Positions 53,700-63,683 of a stretch of DNA of 64,000 nucleotides are shown piece after piece. The position numbers and the translations under genes were made by a program. The DNA is taken from positions 324,876 to 388,875 of the forward strand of contig JAJDCB010000030.1 in assembly GCA_029261065.1 (NCBI GenBank), in the 5' to 3' direction. How positions within the stretch are numbered: position 1 is the first letter of the stretch; the number at the start of each line of letters is the position of its first letter. This stretch comes from Candidatus Omnitrophota bacterium (GTDB taxonomy: Bacteria > Omnitrophota > Gorgyraeia > Zapsychrales > Zapsychraceae). The notes below the pieces were generated by a model. The model was not told the origin of the DNA. It saw only the letters and a program-made list of their open reading frames with translations, and made no database searches.

Positions 53700-54404
53700 A
53701 TGTCTGAGAAACGAGATCAGTATGTAGCTATTATTGATTATAAGATGGGTAATCTATTTAGTGTTAAGCAAGCTTGTGAGCAAGTTGGTATTAAGGCTAT
53801 TGTTACAGAAAAAAAAGAAGAGATTCTTAATGCTTCTGGGCTGATATTGCCTGGCGTCGGAGGTTTTGGTGATGCCATGCAACATTTAAGGGATCTAGAT
53901 TTAATTGAGGTGATCAGAGATGAGATTGCTGCTGGCAAACCTTTGTTAGGGATTTGTTTAGGGTTACAGTTGCTTATGTCTGAGAGCGAAGAATTTGGAT
54001 CCCATGAGGGGCTTGGATTAATTGAGGGAAAGGTTAAAAAATTTAAATTAGAAAATAGTGAAGGTCGGGTGAGTAAAGTTCCTCAAGTGGGCTGGAATCA
54101 GATTGCTAGTGTACGGACAAAACAAGAATTACATTGGAATCAAACGCCATTGCAACATATTAAGGAAGATGATTATTTGTATTTTGTGCATTCTTATTTT
54201 GTTGAACCTACGTTAAGTGATGTTGTTTTATCTCAAAGCACATACGAGGGAGTGTCATTTTGTTCTAGCGTTTTAAAAGATAATATATTTGCTGTTCAAT
54301 TTCATCCTGAGAAGAGTGCCTCTGTTGGGCTTCAGATCTATAAGAATTGGTTTACACAATTTTGTCAAGAACCTACAAATAAGGAGATGAGTCGTGTTTT
54401 TTAA
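53700..54404 (+). CDS. HisH-like glutamine amidotransferase (WbuY-type)
   Basis: DY.MGN, LPGVG, GICLG.Q, YFVHSY and QFHPEKS motifs. Confidence 0.9.
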   Translation: MSEKRDQYVAIIDYKMGNLFSVKQACEQVGIKAIVTEKKEEILNASGLILPGVGGFGDAMQHLRDLDLIEVIRDEIAAGKPLLGICLGLQLLMSESEEFGSHEGLGLIEGKVKKFKLENSEGRVSKVPQVGWNQIASVRTKQELHWNQTPLQHIKEDDYLYFVHSYFVEPTLSDVVLSQSTYEGVSFCSSVLKDNIFAVQFHPEKSASVGLQIYKNWFTQFCQEPTNKEMSRVF

Positions 54405-56886
54405 TAAAACGTTAGATAAGTATATGTCCCAGAAAGTTACAGATGTTAAATTTTGCAAGAAATGCGTCGTCTCTAATCAAAGACCTCGAATCAATCTTGA
54501 TGAAGATGGTGTGTGTAGTGCCTGCCGTTTTGCTCATCAGAAACATAACAAGATTGATTGGGCTTCGCGTGAAAAAGATTTGATTGAGTTATTAGATCAA
54601 TATAGATCTAAAGATGGGAGCTATGATTGTATTGTTCCTGTCAGCGGTGGAAAAGATAGTGGTTATGTGGCGCATCAACTTAAATTCAAATATGGGATGC
54701 ATCCTTTGACTGTGACTTGGGCTCCGTTTTTGTATACGGATATTGGATGGCAAAATTATATTAGTTTTAAAGACACTGGTTTTGATAATGTGCTTTGTTT
54801 TCCTAATGGAAAGATACATCGCAAGTTATCACGTCTAAGCTTTGAACTTGTAGGTGACGCTTGGGAGCCTTTTGCGTATGGACAAAAAGCTTATGCTTTT
54901 CAAATTGCTGTTAAGTTTAAAATTCCTCTTATTTTTTATGGAGAAAGTGGTGAGGTTGAATATGGGGGTTCTGTTAAGAATATAGACAAACCTTCTGAAG
55001 GAATTACTGATTGGAAAAACTTTTATTATAAGGGATCAAGTTTGGACGAGATTGCCAAGCATGGTTTAGAGTGTGGTTTTTTAACGGAAGAAGAAGTTAA
55101 AGATAAATCATTCGAGTTTTATAATCCTCCTAATATGGAAGAGGTTGAGAAAATTGGTGCGCAGATGCATTGGTTTTCTTTTTACAAAAAATGGGTTCCT
55201 CAAGAAAATTATTATTATGCCGTGGAGCATTTAGCGTTCCAAGCTAATCCTGGACGATCTGAAGGGACATATTCGAAATATGCAAGCTTAGATGATAAAA
55301 CAGATGGTTTTCACTATTATTTGGGTTATATCAAGCACGGATTAGGAAGAACGACATCTGATGCTGCCCATGAAATTCGAGATGGCCATTTAACAAGAGA
55401 AGAGGGTGTTGCTCTTGTGCAAAGATACGATGGAGAGTTTCCGAAAAAATATTTTAAAGAGTTTTTAGAATATTTGGAAATTGATGAATACCAATTTAAT
55501 GAAGTGATTGATTTTTATAGAAATATGTCGCCTCATCTTTGGAAAAAAGAAGATGGTGTTTGGAAATTGACGCATCAAGTCACGGATTTAAATGTTAAAC
55601 GTGAAAAAATTGAAGTTCAACCGGAGGTTAAGTCCGTTGAAGTTAAAGCATCCAATGAGAAAATTTTCTCAAAACATGGATTACCGGAAAAGGTTATTTT
55701 TTGTAAAAGTTGTGTCATGTCGAATCAGCGTCCCGCATCTAGTGTTGAATTTAAACATAAGGTCACGCATAAACATCGCGCCTTAAGGATTAACGATGAA
55801 GGAATTTGCGATGCTTGCCAATATGCTCGGCAAAAAGATAAGATTCAATGGAAAAAAAGAGAAGATGAACTGCTTCAATTGTTGGATAAACATCGTCGGA
55901 CTGATGGACAATATGATTGTATTGTTCCTGGTAGCGGGGGGAAAGATAGTTGTTATGCTTCCCATATTTTAAAATACAAATATGGCATGCATCCTTTAAC
56001 GATCACATGGCCACCTATTTTGTATACCGATATTGGATACAAAAATTTTCGAAATTGGATTAGTGTCGGGGGATTTGACAATATCTCTTTTAATTATAAC
56101 GGTAAAAATCATGCGTTATTAACTAAATTAGCTATTCAGAATTTGTTACATCCTTTTCAACCGTTCATTTTAGGTCAGAAAAATCTTGCTCCAAAGATTG
56201 CGATTAAGTATGACGTGCCGCTTATTTTTTACGGAGAAAATGAAGCGGAATATGGTAACCCAATCGCGGATAATGTCTCCTCTATGCGAGATAAATCTTA
56301 TTACACGATGTCGAATTTGGATGAAGTCTTTTTGGGTGGGGTTTCTGTAAAGGAGTTGATGGAAAAATATGGATTATCCTATCATGATGTGCAAACATAT
56401 TTGCCCGCCGATCATCAGGAGATTCAACGTTCGAAGACGGAGGTTCATTATCTTGGTTATTATTTAAAATGGACCCCTCAAGAATCTTATTATTACGCTG
56501 TGGAACATACGGGATTTGAAGCGAATCCTGTAAGGACAGAAGGGACTTACAGCAAATATAATAGTCTTGATGATAAAATCGATGGCCTACATTATTATAC
56601 GACATTTGTAAAGTTTGGTTTGGGTCGGGCCACTTATGATGCTTCACAAGAGATTAGAAATAAACATTTAACGCGTGAAGAGGGGATGGCTCTTGTTAAG
56701 AGGTTTGATGGAGAGTTTCCCGAACGTTATTTTAAAGAAGTGATGGATTTCATTGGAATGAGCGAAGATGAATTTAGAAATAATTGTGATAGATTTCGTT
56801 CGCCTCATTTATGGGAAAAACAAGCGGGAAGTTGGAAATTAAGAAATTCTATCTATGAACAATCAGATCAACTTGTTTTAGGATGA
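54394..56886 (+). CDS. N-acetyl-sugar amidotransferase (WbuX/PseA/PtmG family) with two tandem full-length domains
   Basis: CxxC..SNQRP, CxAC, YDCIVP.SGGKDS, EGTYSKY.SLDDK.DG.HYY and HLW each occur twice. Confidence 0.9.
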   Translation: MFFNKTLDKYMSQKVTDVKFCKKCVVSNQRPRINLDEDGVCSACRFAHQKHNKIDWASREKDLIELLDQYRSKDGSYDCIVPVSGGKDSGYVAHQLKFKYGMHPLTVTWAPFLYTDIGWQNYISFKDTGFDNVLCFPNGKIHRKLSRLSFELVGDAWEPFAYGQKAYAFQIAVKFKIPLIFYGESGEVEYGGSVKNIDKPSEGITDWKNFYYKGSSLDEIAKHGLECGFLTEEEVKDKSFEFYNPPNMEEVEKIGAQMHWFSFYKKWVPQENYYYAVEHLAFQANPGRSEGTYSKYASLDDKTDGFHYYLGYIKHGLGRTTSDAAHEIRDGHLTREEGVALVQRYDGEFPKKYFKEFLEYLEIDEYQFNEVIDFYRNMSPHLWKKEDGVWKLTHQVTDLNVKREKIEVQPEVKSVEVKASNEKIFSKHGLPEKVIFCKSCVMSNQRPASSVEFKHKVTHKHRALRINDEGICDACQYARQKDKIQWKKREDELLQLLDKHRRTDGQYDCIVPGSGGKDSCYASHILKYKYGMHPLTITWPPILYTDIGYKNFRNWISVGGFDNISFNYNGKNHALLTKLAIQNLLHPFQPFILGQKNLAPKIAIKYDVPLIFYGENEAEYGNPIADNVSSMRDKSYYTMSNLDEVFLGGVSVKELMEKYGLSYHDVQTYLPADHQEIQRSKTEVHYLGYYLKWTPQESYYYAVEHTGFEANPVRTEGTYSKYNSLDDKIDGLHYYTTFVKFGLGRATYDASQEIRNKHLTREEGMALVKRFDGEFPERYFKEVMDFIGMSEDEFRNNCDRFRSPHLWEKQAGSWKLRNSIYEQSDQLVLG

Positions 56887-56894
56887 AATAATTA

Positions 56895-57836
56895 ATGATG
56901 AAGATAGTTATGTTTGGATTAGGTTCAATTGGTCATAGGCATGCCAGGATCTTAAAAGATCATTTTGATTGTAAGCTGTATGCTTATCGTCGGAAAAAAG
57001 GTGAGGGTAACGACTTGGGGGTAGAAGAAATTGATAGCGATCAAGAGCTTCAAGCCCTTAATGCCGATATCGCCTGTATTTGTAATCCAACATCGTTTCA
57101 TATGGATACAGCTATAAAATGTGCCAAGTTAAATATGCATTTGTTCATTGAAAAACCGTTGTCGCATTCTTTATCAAAAATTGATGAGCTAACATCGTTG
57201 TGTCATAAGAAACATTTGACGTGTTACACGGCATATAACTTAAGGTTTCATCCTGTTATAGGAAAGATTAAAGTGTTGCTTCAGAAAAGAAAGTTGTATC
57301 ACGCACGCATTGTTTGTAGTTCTTATTTACCTGATTGGCGAGCAGATCAAGATCATAAGTTAAGCTACTCCTCATCAAAAGAATTGGGGGGCGGTGTTGT
57401 TTTTGATTTGTCCCACGAATTGGATTTTACGCAGTATCTTTTTGGATCAATTAAAGAGATGGAGGGGCATTATCTTCGACGTGCTGATATCACCCTTGAT
57501 TCGGAGGACTGTGTGGATATCTTGTTGCGTTGTGACGATAATTTACCGGTGAATATGCATCTTAATTTTTTATCTCACCTTAAGGAGCGTACGATCAAAG
57601 TAGATTTTGAAAATGGATATATCGTGGGTGATTTAATGAATAATGAAGTCCGGTTTTATTGTGATGGTGAGCTTCAACAATTTAGTTTTGATGAGAATAT
57701 GCATGATGTCTATCGCAATCAATGGCAGTATTTTTTTGATCATATGAATAAACCAAAGGGGATGAATCAAATTGATGAATCCAAAGAATTATTAGAAAAA
57801 ATGGTGAAATTTAAGGTTGAAGCACATGCAGGATAG
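56895..57836 (+). CDS. Gfo/Idh/MocA oxidoreductase (PtmF-like)
   Basis: GLGSIG.RH, FIEKP, YNLRFHP, YLPDWR and DLSHELD motifs. Confidence 0.88.
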   Translation: MMKIVMFGLGSIGHRHARILKDHFDCKLYAYRRKKGEGNDLGVEEIDSDQELQALNADIACICNPTSFHMDTAIKCAKLNMHLFIEKPLSHSLSKIDELTSLCHKKHLTCYTAYNLRFHPVIGKIKVLLQKRKLYHARIVCSSYLPDWRADQDHKLSYSSSKELGGGVVFDLSHELDFTQYLFGSIKEMEGHYLRRADITLDSEDCVDILLRCDDNLPVNMHLNFLSHLKERTIKVDFENGYIVGDLMNNEVRFYCDGELQQFSFDENMHDVYRNQWQYFFDHMNKPKGMNQIDESKELLEKMVKFKVEAHAG

Positions 57837-58542
57837 AATTTTATTAACGGTGGCTGCTCGAGGGGGATCTAAAGGGGTTAAGAATAAAAATATTCGTGAT
57901 CTTAATGGACTTCCTTTAATCGCGCACACTATTAATCAAGCCATAGCTTGGGGAAAAGCGGATTCAATTGTTTGTTCGACTGATTCACAAGATATTGCCG
58001 ATGTTGCTCGTGAATATGGAGCTCAAGTGCCTTTTATGCGTCCTGAACATTTAGCGGAAGATACTTCAGGAAAACGGGATGTGCTTAAACACGCTTTAAA
58101 ATATATGGAAGATCAGACGCTAAGCAAATTTAACATCCTTATTGATCTAGATGCAACAGCTCCCATTCGTACTTTAAGCGATTTGGATGGTTCTTTGGAA
58201 TTGTTTAAAGAAAAACAAGCGAAGTGTGTTTTCAGTGTAACACCTGCACGAAAGAATCCTTATTTTAATATGGTGGAGCTCGATGCTAACAATGTCTCAA
58301 GGTTATCCAAGAATTTAAAAAAACCGTTAGTTCGAAGGCAAGATGCACCAAAGGTATTTGATATGAATGCTTCTATTTATATTTATGATCGCGAGTTTTT
58401 ATTGGATGAAAAGTCAGATACCGTATTTTCAGATCAATCCTATGCCTGGGTGATGGATGAAATATCCGCTTTTGATATTGATACCGAACAAGATTTTCGG
58501 TTTTTAGAATTTTTAACTAAAGAACAGTTGGTTCAACTATGA
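57826..58542 (+). CDS. neuA: Acylneuraminate cytidylyltransferase (NeuA/LegF)
   Basis: ARGGSKGVKNKN, STDS, PFMRP, RRQD.P and DIDT..DF motifs. Confidence 0.9.
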   Translation: MQDRILLTVAARGGSKGVKNKNIRDLNGLPLIAHTINQAIAWGKADSIVCSTDSQDIADVAREYGAQVPFMRPEHLAEDTSGKRDVLKHALKYMEDQTLSKFNILIDLDATAPIRTLSDLDGSLELFKEKQAKCVFSVTPARKNPYFNMVELDANNVSRLSKNLKKPLVRRQDAPKVFDMNASIYIYDREFLLDEKSDTVFSDQSYAWVMDEISAFDIDTEQDFRFLEFLTKEQLVQL

Positions 58543-59327
58543 TCGATTATTTATCTAAATTTTCACTTAAAGGGAAAAAGGCTGTTGTCACAGGTGGTTG
58601 TGGGCTTATTGGTGGTGAGATCGTTTCGGCATTATCTCAAGCCGGAGCAGATGTTCTGGTGGCTGACATTAATAAAGAGAAGGCCTCACAGATTATTGGA
58701 GAAGGTCGGGATCATGAAGGAGGTGTCGCGTTTTATCATTTTGATATAACTGATATCGAGCAGTTAAAAAGTAATATAGAAAATATGACAAAACAAGCAA
58801 CACAAGTGGATATTTGGGTGAATAGTGCTTATCCAAGAACAGAGGACTGGGCGGCAGCTCCGGAAGATATAAAAGCAGATTCGTGGCAAAAAAATGTAGA
58901 TATGCAGTTAAATTCTTTTTCTCTTTCGTCAAAATATATTGCTGAGCACATGAAAGAAAGAGGTGGGAGCATTATTAATTTAGGCTCCATTTACGGTGTA
59001 TTAGGGCCAGATTTTAGCGTGTACGATGGAACGGAAATGACTAACCCAATGGCATACGCCGCCATAAAAGGTGGCATTATTAATTGTGATCGTTATCTGG
59101 CTTCGTATTTTGGAAAATTTAATGTTCGTGTTAACACCGTTTGTCCTGGTGGCGTTTTTGCGGATCAAAATGCTACGTTTGTTAAAAATTATAATAAGAA
59201 AACGCCTTTAGGGCGTATGGCCAAGACAGAAGAAGTTGCTTCTGCTGTTTTGTTTTTAGCCTCAGATGCTGCTTCCTATATTACGGGAAGTACATTTTTG
59301 GTCGATGGTGGGTGGAGTATTGTTTAA
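58539..59327 (+). CDS. SDR oxidoreductase (PtmA-like)
   Basis: TGGCGLIG, NSAYPR, SIYG, YAAIK and VDGG motifs. Confidence 0.85.
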   Translation: MIDYLSKFSLKGKKAVVTGGCGLIGGEIVSALSQAGADVLVADINKEKASQIIGEGRDHEGGVAFYHFDITDIEQLKSNIENMTKQATQVDIWVNSAYPRTEDWAAAPEDIKADSWQKNVDMQLNSFSLSSKYIAEHMKERGGSIINLGSIYGVLGPDFSVYDGTEMTNPMAYAAIKGGIINCDRYLASYFGKFNVRVNTVCPGGVFADQNATFVKNYNKKTPLGRMAKTEEVASAVLFLASDAASYITGSTFLVDGGWSIV

Positions 59328-59345
59328 AGAAAGTGATGTGTATTG

Positions 59346-60326
59346 ATGAGTAGGGCTTTTGTTGCAGATAAAAAAAGACTCATAAAGAATTTGGTCATTA
59401 TTGATGGTCATGTTCGGACTGGTAAGTTTTTTATGGGTAATGTATTGGATGGGTTTGAAAAGATCGATCATTATCAGTGTGTTGGCGTCTTAGAACAAGT
59501 GCCTCATTTGGAGTACTTGGGATTTATCCCAAGGCAAACAGCAAAATTTTTGATTCAAACAACCATTGATACTTATGGTTATAACATGCGTGTAGGACGC
59601 GATTTAAATTTTCGAAAAGGTGATAAATCTAGTTTAGTAGGGAGTTTTGAGGAAAAAAGATATGTTAAGCGTATGAATGAAGAGAAGGGGTATAAGCAAG
59701 TTTTAAGGGATATTGCAAGTGATGGAAGATATTCCGTTTTTATCCTTCATGAAATCATGATGAATATAAAACTATTGTTTGAAGCCTTTCCACAGTTAAA
59801 AGTTTTAAGGATGAATCGTCATCCTGTTGATGTGATTCATTCTTGGTATAAAAAGGGATGGTGCAAAAGGGAGGCAACCGATCCATTTTCATTCGGACCA
59901 TGTATAACAGCAAAGGATGGTGATATAGCATGGTATGCGCATCCTTGGCGAGAGAAATATAATGTGTTATCCCATATGGATCGTGTTATTGAGTGTTTAA
60001 ACTATTTATCTAGAAGTGCAAAAAAAGGCTATGCTTCGCTTGAGAGTAAATATCAAAAACGGATTAACGTTATTTCTTATGAAAATTTGGTAGAAGAGCC
60101 TCAAAAAGTTTTAAAGAGTATTGGCAAGTTTTTAAAAATAGATCCTTCAAAACATATGTCAAAGATATTAGAGAAAGAACATTGCCCAGGAAAGATATCG
60201 TTAGATGCTAGAGAAGATAAAAAGAAATTTATTGAGAAAAAAGCGTCAAGAGCAGGTTTTGAGACGTTGTTGCGTTTATCAAAAGAGTATGAAGACAATT
60301 ATCAGTTGTTAAATTGGCTGCAATAG
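59346..60326 (+). CDS. Sulfotransferase-family protein
   Basis: 5'-PSB-like IDGHVRTGK, 3'-PB-like RHPVDVIHSW, and ISYENLV..P...L..I..FL motifs. Confidence 0.65.
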   Translation: MSRAFVADKKRLIKNLVIIDGHVRTGKFFMGNVLDGFEKIDHYQCVGVLEQVPHLEYLGFIPRQTAKFLIQTTIDTYGYNMRVGRDLNFRKGDKSSLVGSFEEKRYVKRMNEEKGYKQVLRDIASDGRYSVFILHEIMMNIKLLFEAFPQLKVLRMNRHPVDVIHSWYKKGWCKREATDPFSFGPCITAKDGDIAWYAHPWREKYNVLSHMDRVIECLNYLSRSAKKGYASLESKYQKRINVISYENLVEEPQKVLKSIGKFLKIDPSKHMSKILEKEHCPGKISLDAREDKKKFIEKKASRAGFETLLRLSKEYEDNYQLLNWLQ

Positions 60327-60334
60327 AGAAACTT

Positions 60335-62413
60335 ATGAGTCAAAAAGATACAAATAAAAGAATTGAAAGAATTTGTTGGATTGAACAACTAGATGTTGTT
60401 TCTTTATTGAGTTTTTTATCTTTGCATGCAAAGAGCAAATTTTCGCATGTCAAATATACAAGAGTTTCAAGAAGAGCTTTAAAGTTATTCCAACTGTTTT
60501 GCAAAAAAGATTGTGATGTGTCTGCTGTTGAATTTGCTCATAGAGAGGTTACGGTCTTTGATAAGTTACAAGTTATTAGAGAATACGATAAAAATAACAA
60601 TACAACCTCTTCATTAAATTCATATGATTTGGCTAAAGAAGGGATTCTTAAAAATATTGTAGGTCATGGAGCAACTCAAAAGATGAGTCAATTTCTTGAT
60701 CAGGAATTGGCGATGGAATTAAAGGGGCCTTTGAGTTTGATTCAGCAGATTCAATTAGATAAGAATTCTGATAGGGAAGTTAATAGTGTTATCAATCATG
60801 TATTGGTGAAAAATACGCCGTGGGTTTCTTCTCTTAATGGTTATATTAAATCCAATAATTTATCTATTGTCTTAAATCCTTTTTTTAATATAAGAGGGGC
60901 CTTGGCCTTAGTTTATCAACCGATTAAGCTGTTGTGTGAGCTTTTGGCAAATGGTTTATTAATGTTAGTGGGACAAAGTGTGCATAAAAGAGAGATTCCT
61001 AAAAATAGGAAGATTGCGGTATTATTCGCGCAGGGTGCGAATTTGGAAAAACGTTGTGATTTTTACTGGTATTCTCGATCGTTGTTTAGCCCTGATGATA
61101 TCATTGTATATTTTAAGACACACTTGCATCCTCCTACGGAGAAAGTTATAAAATTACTCAAAGGTTATGCTTTGCCTTGGTTAAAATTAATGCCACGAAG
61201 ATTGAAACTGTCTCCAACGCAGCAAACAGCATTTGAGATTAACATATTTCCTTGCTCAGAATACAGTAAGGGTATTAAAAGAACAATGAAGTTAGCGTGG
61301 GCGTTGCTATTTGCTCATGGAAAAGAAGGTTATTTCGGATTCTATTGGTTTTGGCCTAAATTACTTCATCTTATGGATGATGTTCATTTTTTCCGTGCTT
61401 TTTTTGAAGTTTATAATGTGAAGTTGCATTATGGTGCGTATGAATACGGGCGGCATATGATGGCTGCTAATATTGCTATCGATATGGAAGATGGGGTGGA
61501 TCTTTGTCATCATTGGTCTAATTACGATTTTGTTGATATCCCATTAAGTAAGCCTCATGATGTGTATTTTACGTGGGGACCCTATTTTAAGAATAATTTC
61601 TTCGATCAACCCTTTTATCATGTAAAAAATTATGTTTCCTCCGGGTATATTCACGATTTTACATTTTCGTTATATAAAGAATTGGCCCAAAAACATAAAG
61701 AGAGATTGTTAGAAAAGGGAGCTAAGTTTATTATTAGTTTCTTTGATCAAGAGTTATGGGATATTGAATCTATTTGGAATAAAGAACATATCCGTATGTA
61801 TCAATTTTTATTGGAGTTACTTATTGAAAATAAAGATTTAGGGCTTATCATTAAACCAAAAAAGATTTCTTCTAATGAACATTTTAAGACGTGTTACCCT
61901 GGGCTAAAAGATTTGTTTTTAAAGGCGTTAGAAACTAAAAGACTTATACTTCTTGATAAATTCTCTGTTCCTTGTGAAGCGGCTATGGCTTCTGATCTTG
62001 CGATAGGCATGGGTGTTTCCAGTTCGCCTTCACTGGAGGCTGCTCTTTTAGGTATTAAATCTGTAACTTACGATGCCGAAGGCGTGGGCCATCATCCTAT
62101 GTATGAAAAAGGAATTAATAATGTCATTTTCTCTGATATTGAAGCTATGAAACAATCCGTCCGAAAGTGTTTAGACCAAACAGATGATTGTCATGTCGGT
62201 GATTATTCTTTTGTCATAGATGATGTGGATCCATTTCGAGATGGTCGATCTCGAGAACGTGTTGGAGAGTATGTATGCTCTTTATTAGATAGTATTAATA
62301 AGGGAAAACACAAAAAGGAAGCTATTGATTTAACAAATGAAGAATATAGAGGGCGTTACGGTTTTGATTCTGTAATGCCACGGATCAATGAAGATCAACT
62401 CGTTAACCATTAG
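60335..62413 (+). CDS. Surface-carbohydrate biosynthesis protein, putative transferase
   Basis: Large soluble protein with D.YFTWG, IIKPK, SSP.LEA..LG and VDPFRDG motifs; GT-B-like C-terminal half. Confidence 0.55.
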   Translation: MSQKDTNKRIERICWIEQLDVVSLLSFLSLHAKSKFSHVKYTRVSRRALKLFQLFCKKDCDVSAVEFAHREVTVFDKLQVIREYDKNNNTTSSLNSYDLAKEGILKNIVGHGATQKMSQFLDQELAMELKGPLSLIQQIQLDKNSDREVNSVINHVLVKNTPWVSSLNGYIKSNNLSIVLNPFFNIRGALALVYQPIKLLCELLANGLLMLVGQSVHKREIPKNRKIAVLFAQGANLEKRCDFYWYSRSLFSPDDIIVYFKTHLHPPTEKVIKLLKGYALPWLKLMPRRLKLSPTQQTAFEINIFPCSEYSKGIKRTMKLAWALLFAHGKEGYFGFYWFWPKLLHLMDDVHFFRAFFEVYNVKLHYGAYEYGRHMMAANIAIDMEDGVDLCHHWSNYDFVDIPLSKPHDVYFTWGPYFKNNFFDQPFYHVKNYVSSGYIHDFTFSLYKELAQKHKERLLEKGAKFIISFFDQELWDIESIWNKEHIRMYQFLLELLIENKDLGLIIKPKKISSNEHFKTCYPGLKDLFLKALETKRLILLDKFSVPCEAAMASDLAIGMGVSSSPSLEAALLGIKSVTYDAEGVGHHPMYEKGINNVIFSDIEAMKQSVRKCLDQTDDCHVGDYSFVIDDVDPFRDGRSRERVGEYVCSLLDSINKGKHKKEAIDLTNEEYRGRYGFDSVMPRINEDQLVNH

Positions 62414-62428
62414 AATTAGGATAATCTC

Positions 62429-63682
62429 ATGAATAAGAAAATAGATACGAATAAAGAATTGGATATGGTCATTGTTGGAGGCCTTGGACATGTTGGATTA
62501 CCATTAGGGTTGTCTTTTGCCAATGAAGGTCAAAAGGTCTGTCTGTATGACATTGACGAAAGGAATGCAGAGCATGTAAAAAACGGAAAAATGCCGTTTG
62601 TCGAGTATGAGGCTGAGCCTATCTTAAAAAAGGTTCTCGCCAATGGTCAACTTACGATTTCTCAGGATAAAAGTGTGATTTCAAAGGCGAAGTATGTTGT
62701 AATTGCTATCGGGACACCAGTGGATGAGTATTTGACACCAAAGGTAAGATCCTTTTTTGAACTTTTTGATGGGCTAAAAGATTATTTAGATGAAGAACAA
62801 ATTATTATTATCCGTAGCACGGTCTATCCTAAGACATGTCAACAATTGGCAAAGTATTTAGAGAAGAAAGGTGAGCGTTATAACATAGCCTATTGTCCTG
62901 AGCGTATTGTTCAAGGGTACTCAATTAAAGAGCTTAAAGAGTTACCACAAATCATATCAGGTATTAATGATTTATCGATCGAGAAGGCTAATGATCTTTT
63001 TAGTCTCCTATCACCAAAGATCATCAAAGTCTCTATTGAGGAGGCCGAGTTGGCGAAACTTTTTACAAATGCCTGGCGATATATTCAGTTTGCCATGGCG
63101 AATCAGTTCTACATGATTTCAGAGAGTTTTGGGGTGGATTTCAATCGTGTTAGAAATGTCATGATGGATAGTTATGGTCGGGTGGCAAGTTTGCCAGGTG
63201 CAGGATTTGCAGCTGGACCATGTTTGCTTAAAGATACCATGCAACTTGTTGCTTCATGCAGTAATAATTTTTTTATGGGAAATGCCGCGATGATGGTTAA
63301 TGAAGGGTTGCCTAATTTTCTTGTGGAAAAACTACAATCAAAATTTGATTTAAATCAAAAGACTGTTGGTGTTTTGGGTATGGCTTTTAAAGCAGATATT
63401 GATGATATTAGAGACTCCTTATCCTATAAGCTTTGTAAGATTCTCAAATTTCACGGCGCTGAGGTTATTTGTTCAGATGATTATGTGAATGATAAGAATT
63501 TTGTGTCTAAAGAAGAATTGATTAAACGGTGCGACATTATTGTTGTTGGTGTCCCACACAGTCAATATCGCGACATCGTTATTCCAGATCATATTGAATT
63601 GATGGATTTATGGGGTATCGCGAAAAGAGATGTATCTGAGGCTGCAAATGAATTTTCAAACCGGATTAAAGTTAAGGTTTAA
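62429..63682 (+). CDS. Nucleotide-sugar dehydrogenase (UDP-glucose/GDP-mannose dehydrogenase family)
   Basis: GG.GHVGLP, GTP, RSTVYP, CPER, AE..KL..N, GPCL.KD and FKADIDD.RDS motifs. Confidence 0.9.
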   Translation: MNKKIDTNKELDMVIVGGLGHVGLPLGLSFANEGQKVCLYDIDERNAEHVKNGKMPFVEYEAEPILKKVLANGQLTISQDKSVISKAKYVVIAIGTPVDEYLTPKVRSFFELFDGLKDYLDEEQIIIIRSTVYPKTCQQLAKYLEKKGERYNIAYCPERIVQGYSIKELKELPQIISGINDLSIEKANDLFSLLSPKIIKVSIEEAELAKLFTNAWRYIQFAMANQFYMISESFGVDFNRVRNVMMDSYGRVASLPGAGFAAGPCLLKDTMQLVASCSNNFFMGNAAMMVNEGLPNFLVEKLQSKFDLNQKTVGVLGMAFKADIDDIRDSLSYKLCKILKFHGAEVICSDDYVNDKNFVSKEELIKRCDIIVVGVPHSQYRDIVIPDHIELMDLWGIAKRDVSEAANEFSNRIKVKV

Positions 63683-63683
63683 G

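Noticed and set aside
52581-54404. Histidine biosynthesis hisF/hisH
   Set aside because: No other his genes are present; adjacency to the WbuX-like gene indicates glycan-modifying paralogues.
14919-63116. Numerous short antisense or alternate-frame ORFs (e.g. 36412-36891, 56282-56647)
   Set aside because: They lie wholly within well-supported genes and show no motifs; treated as shadow ORFs.
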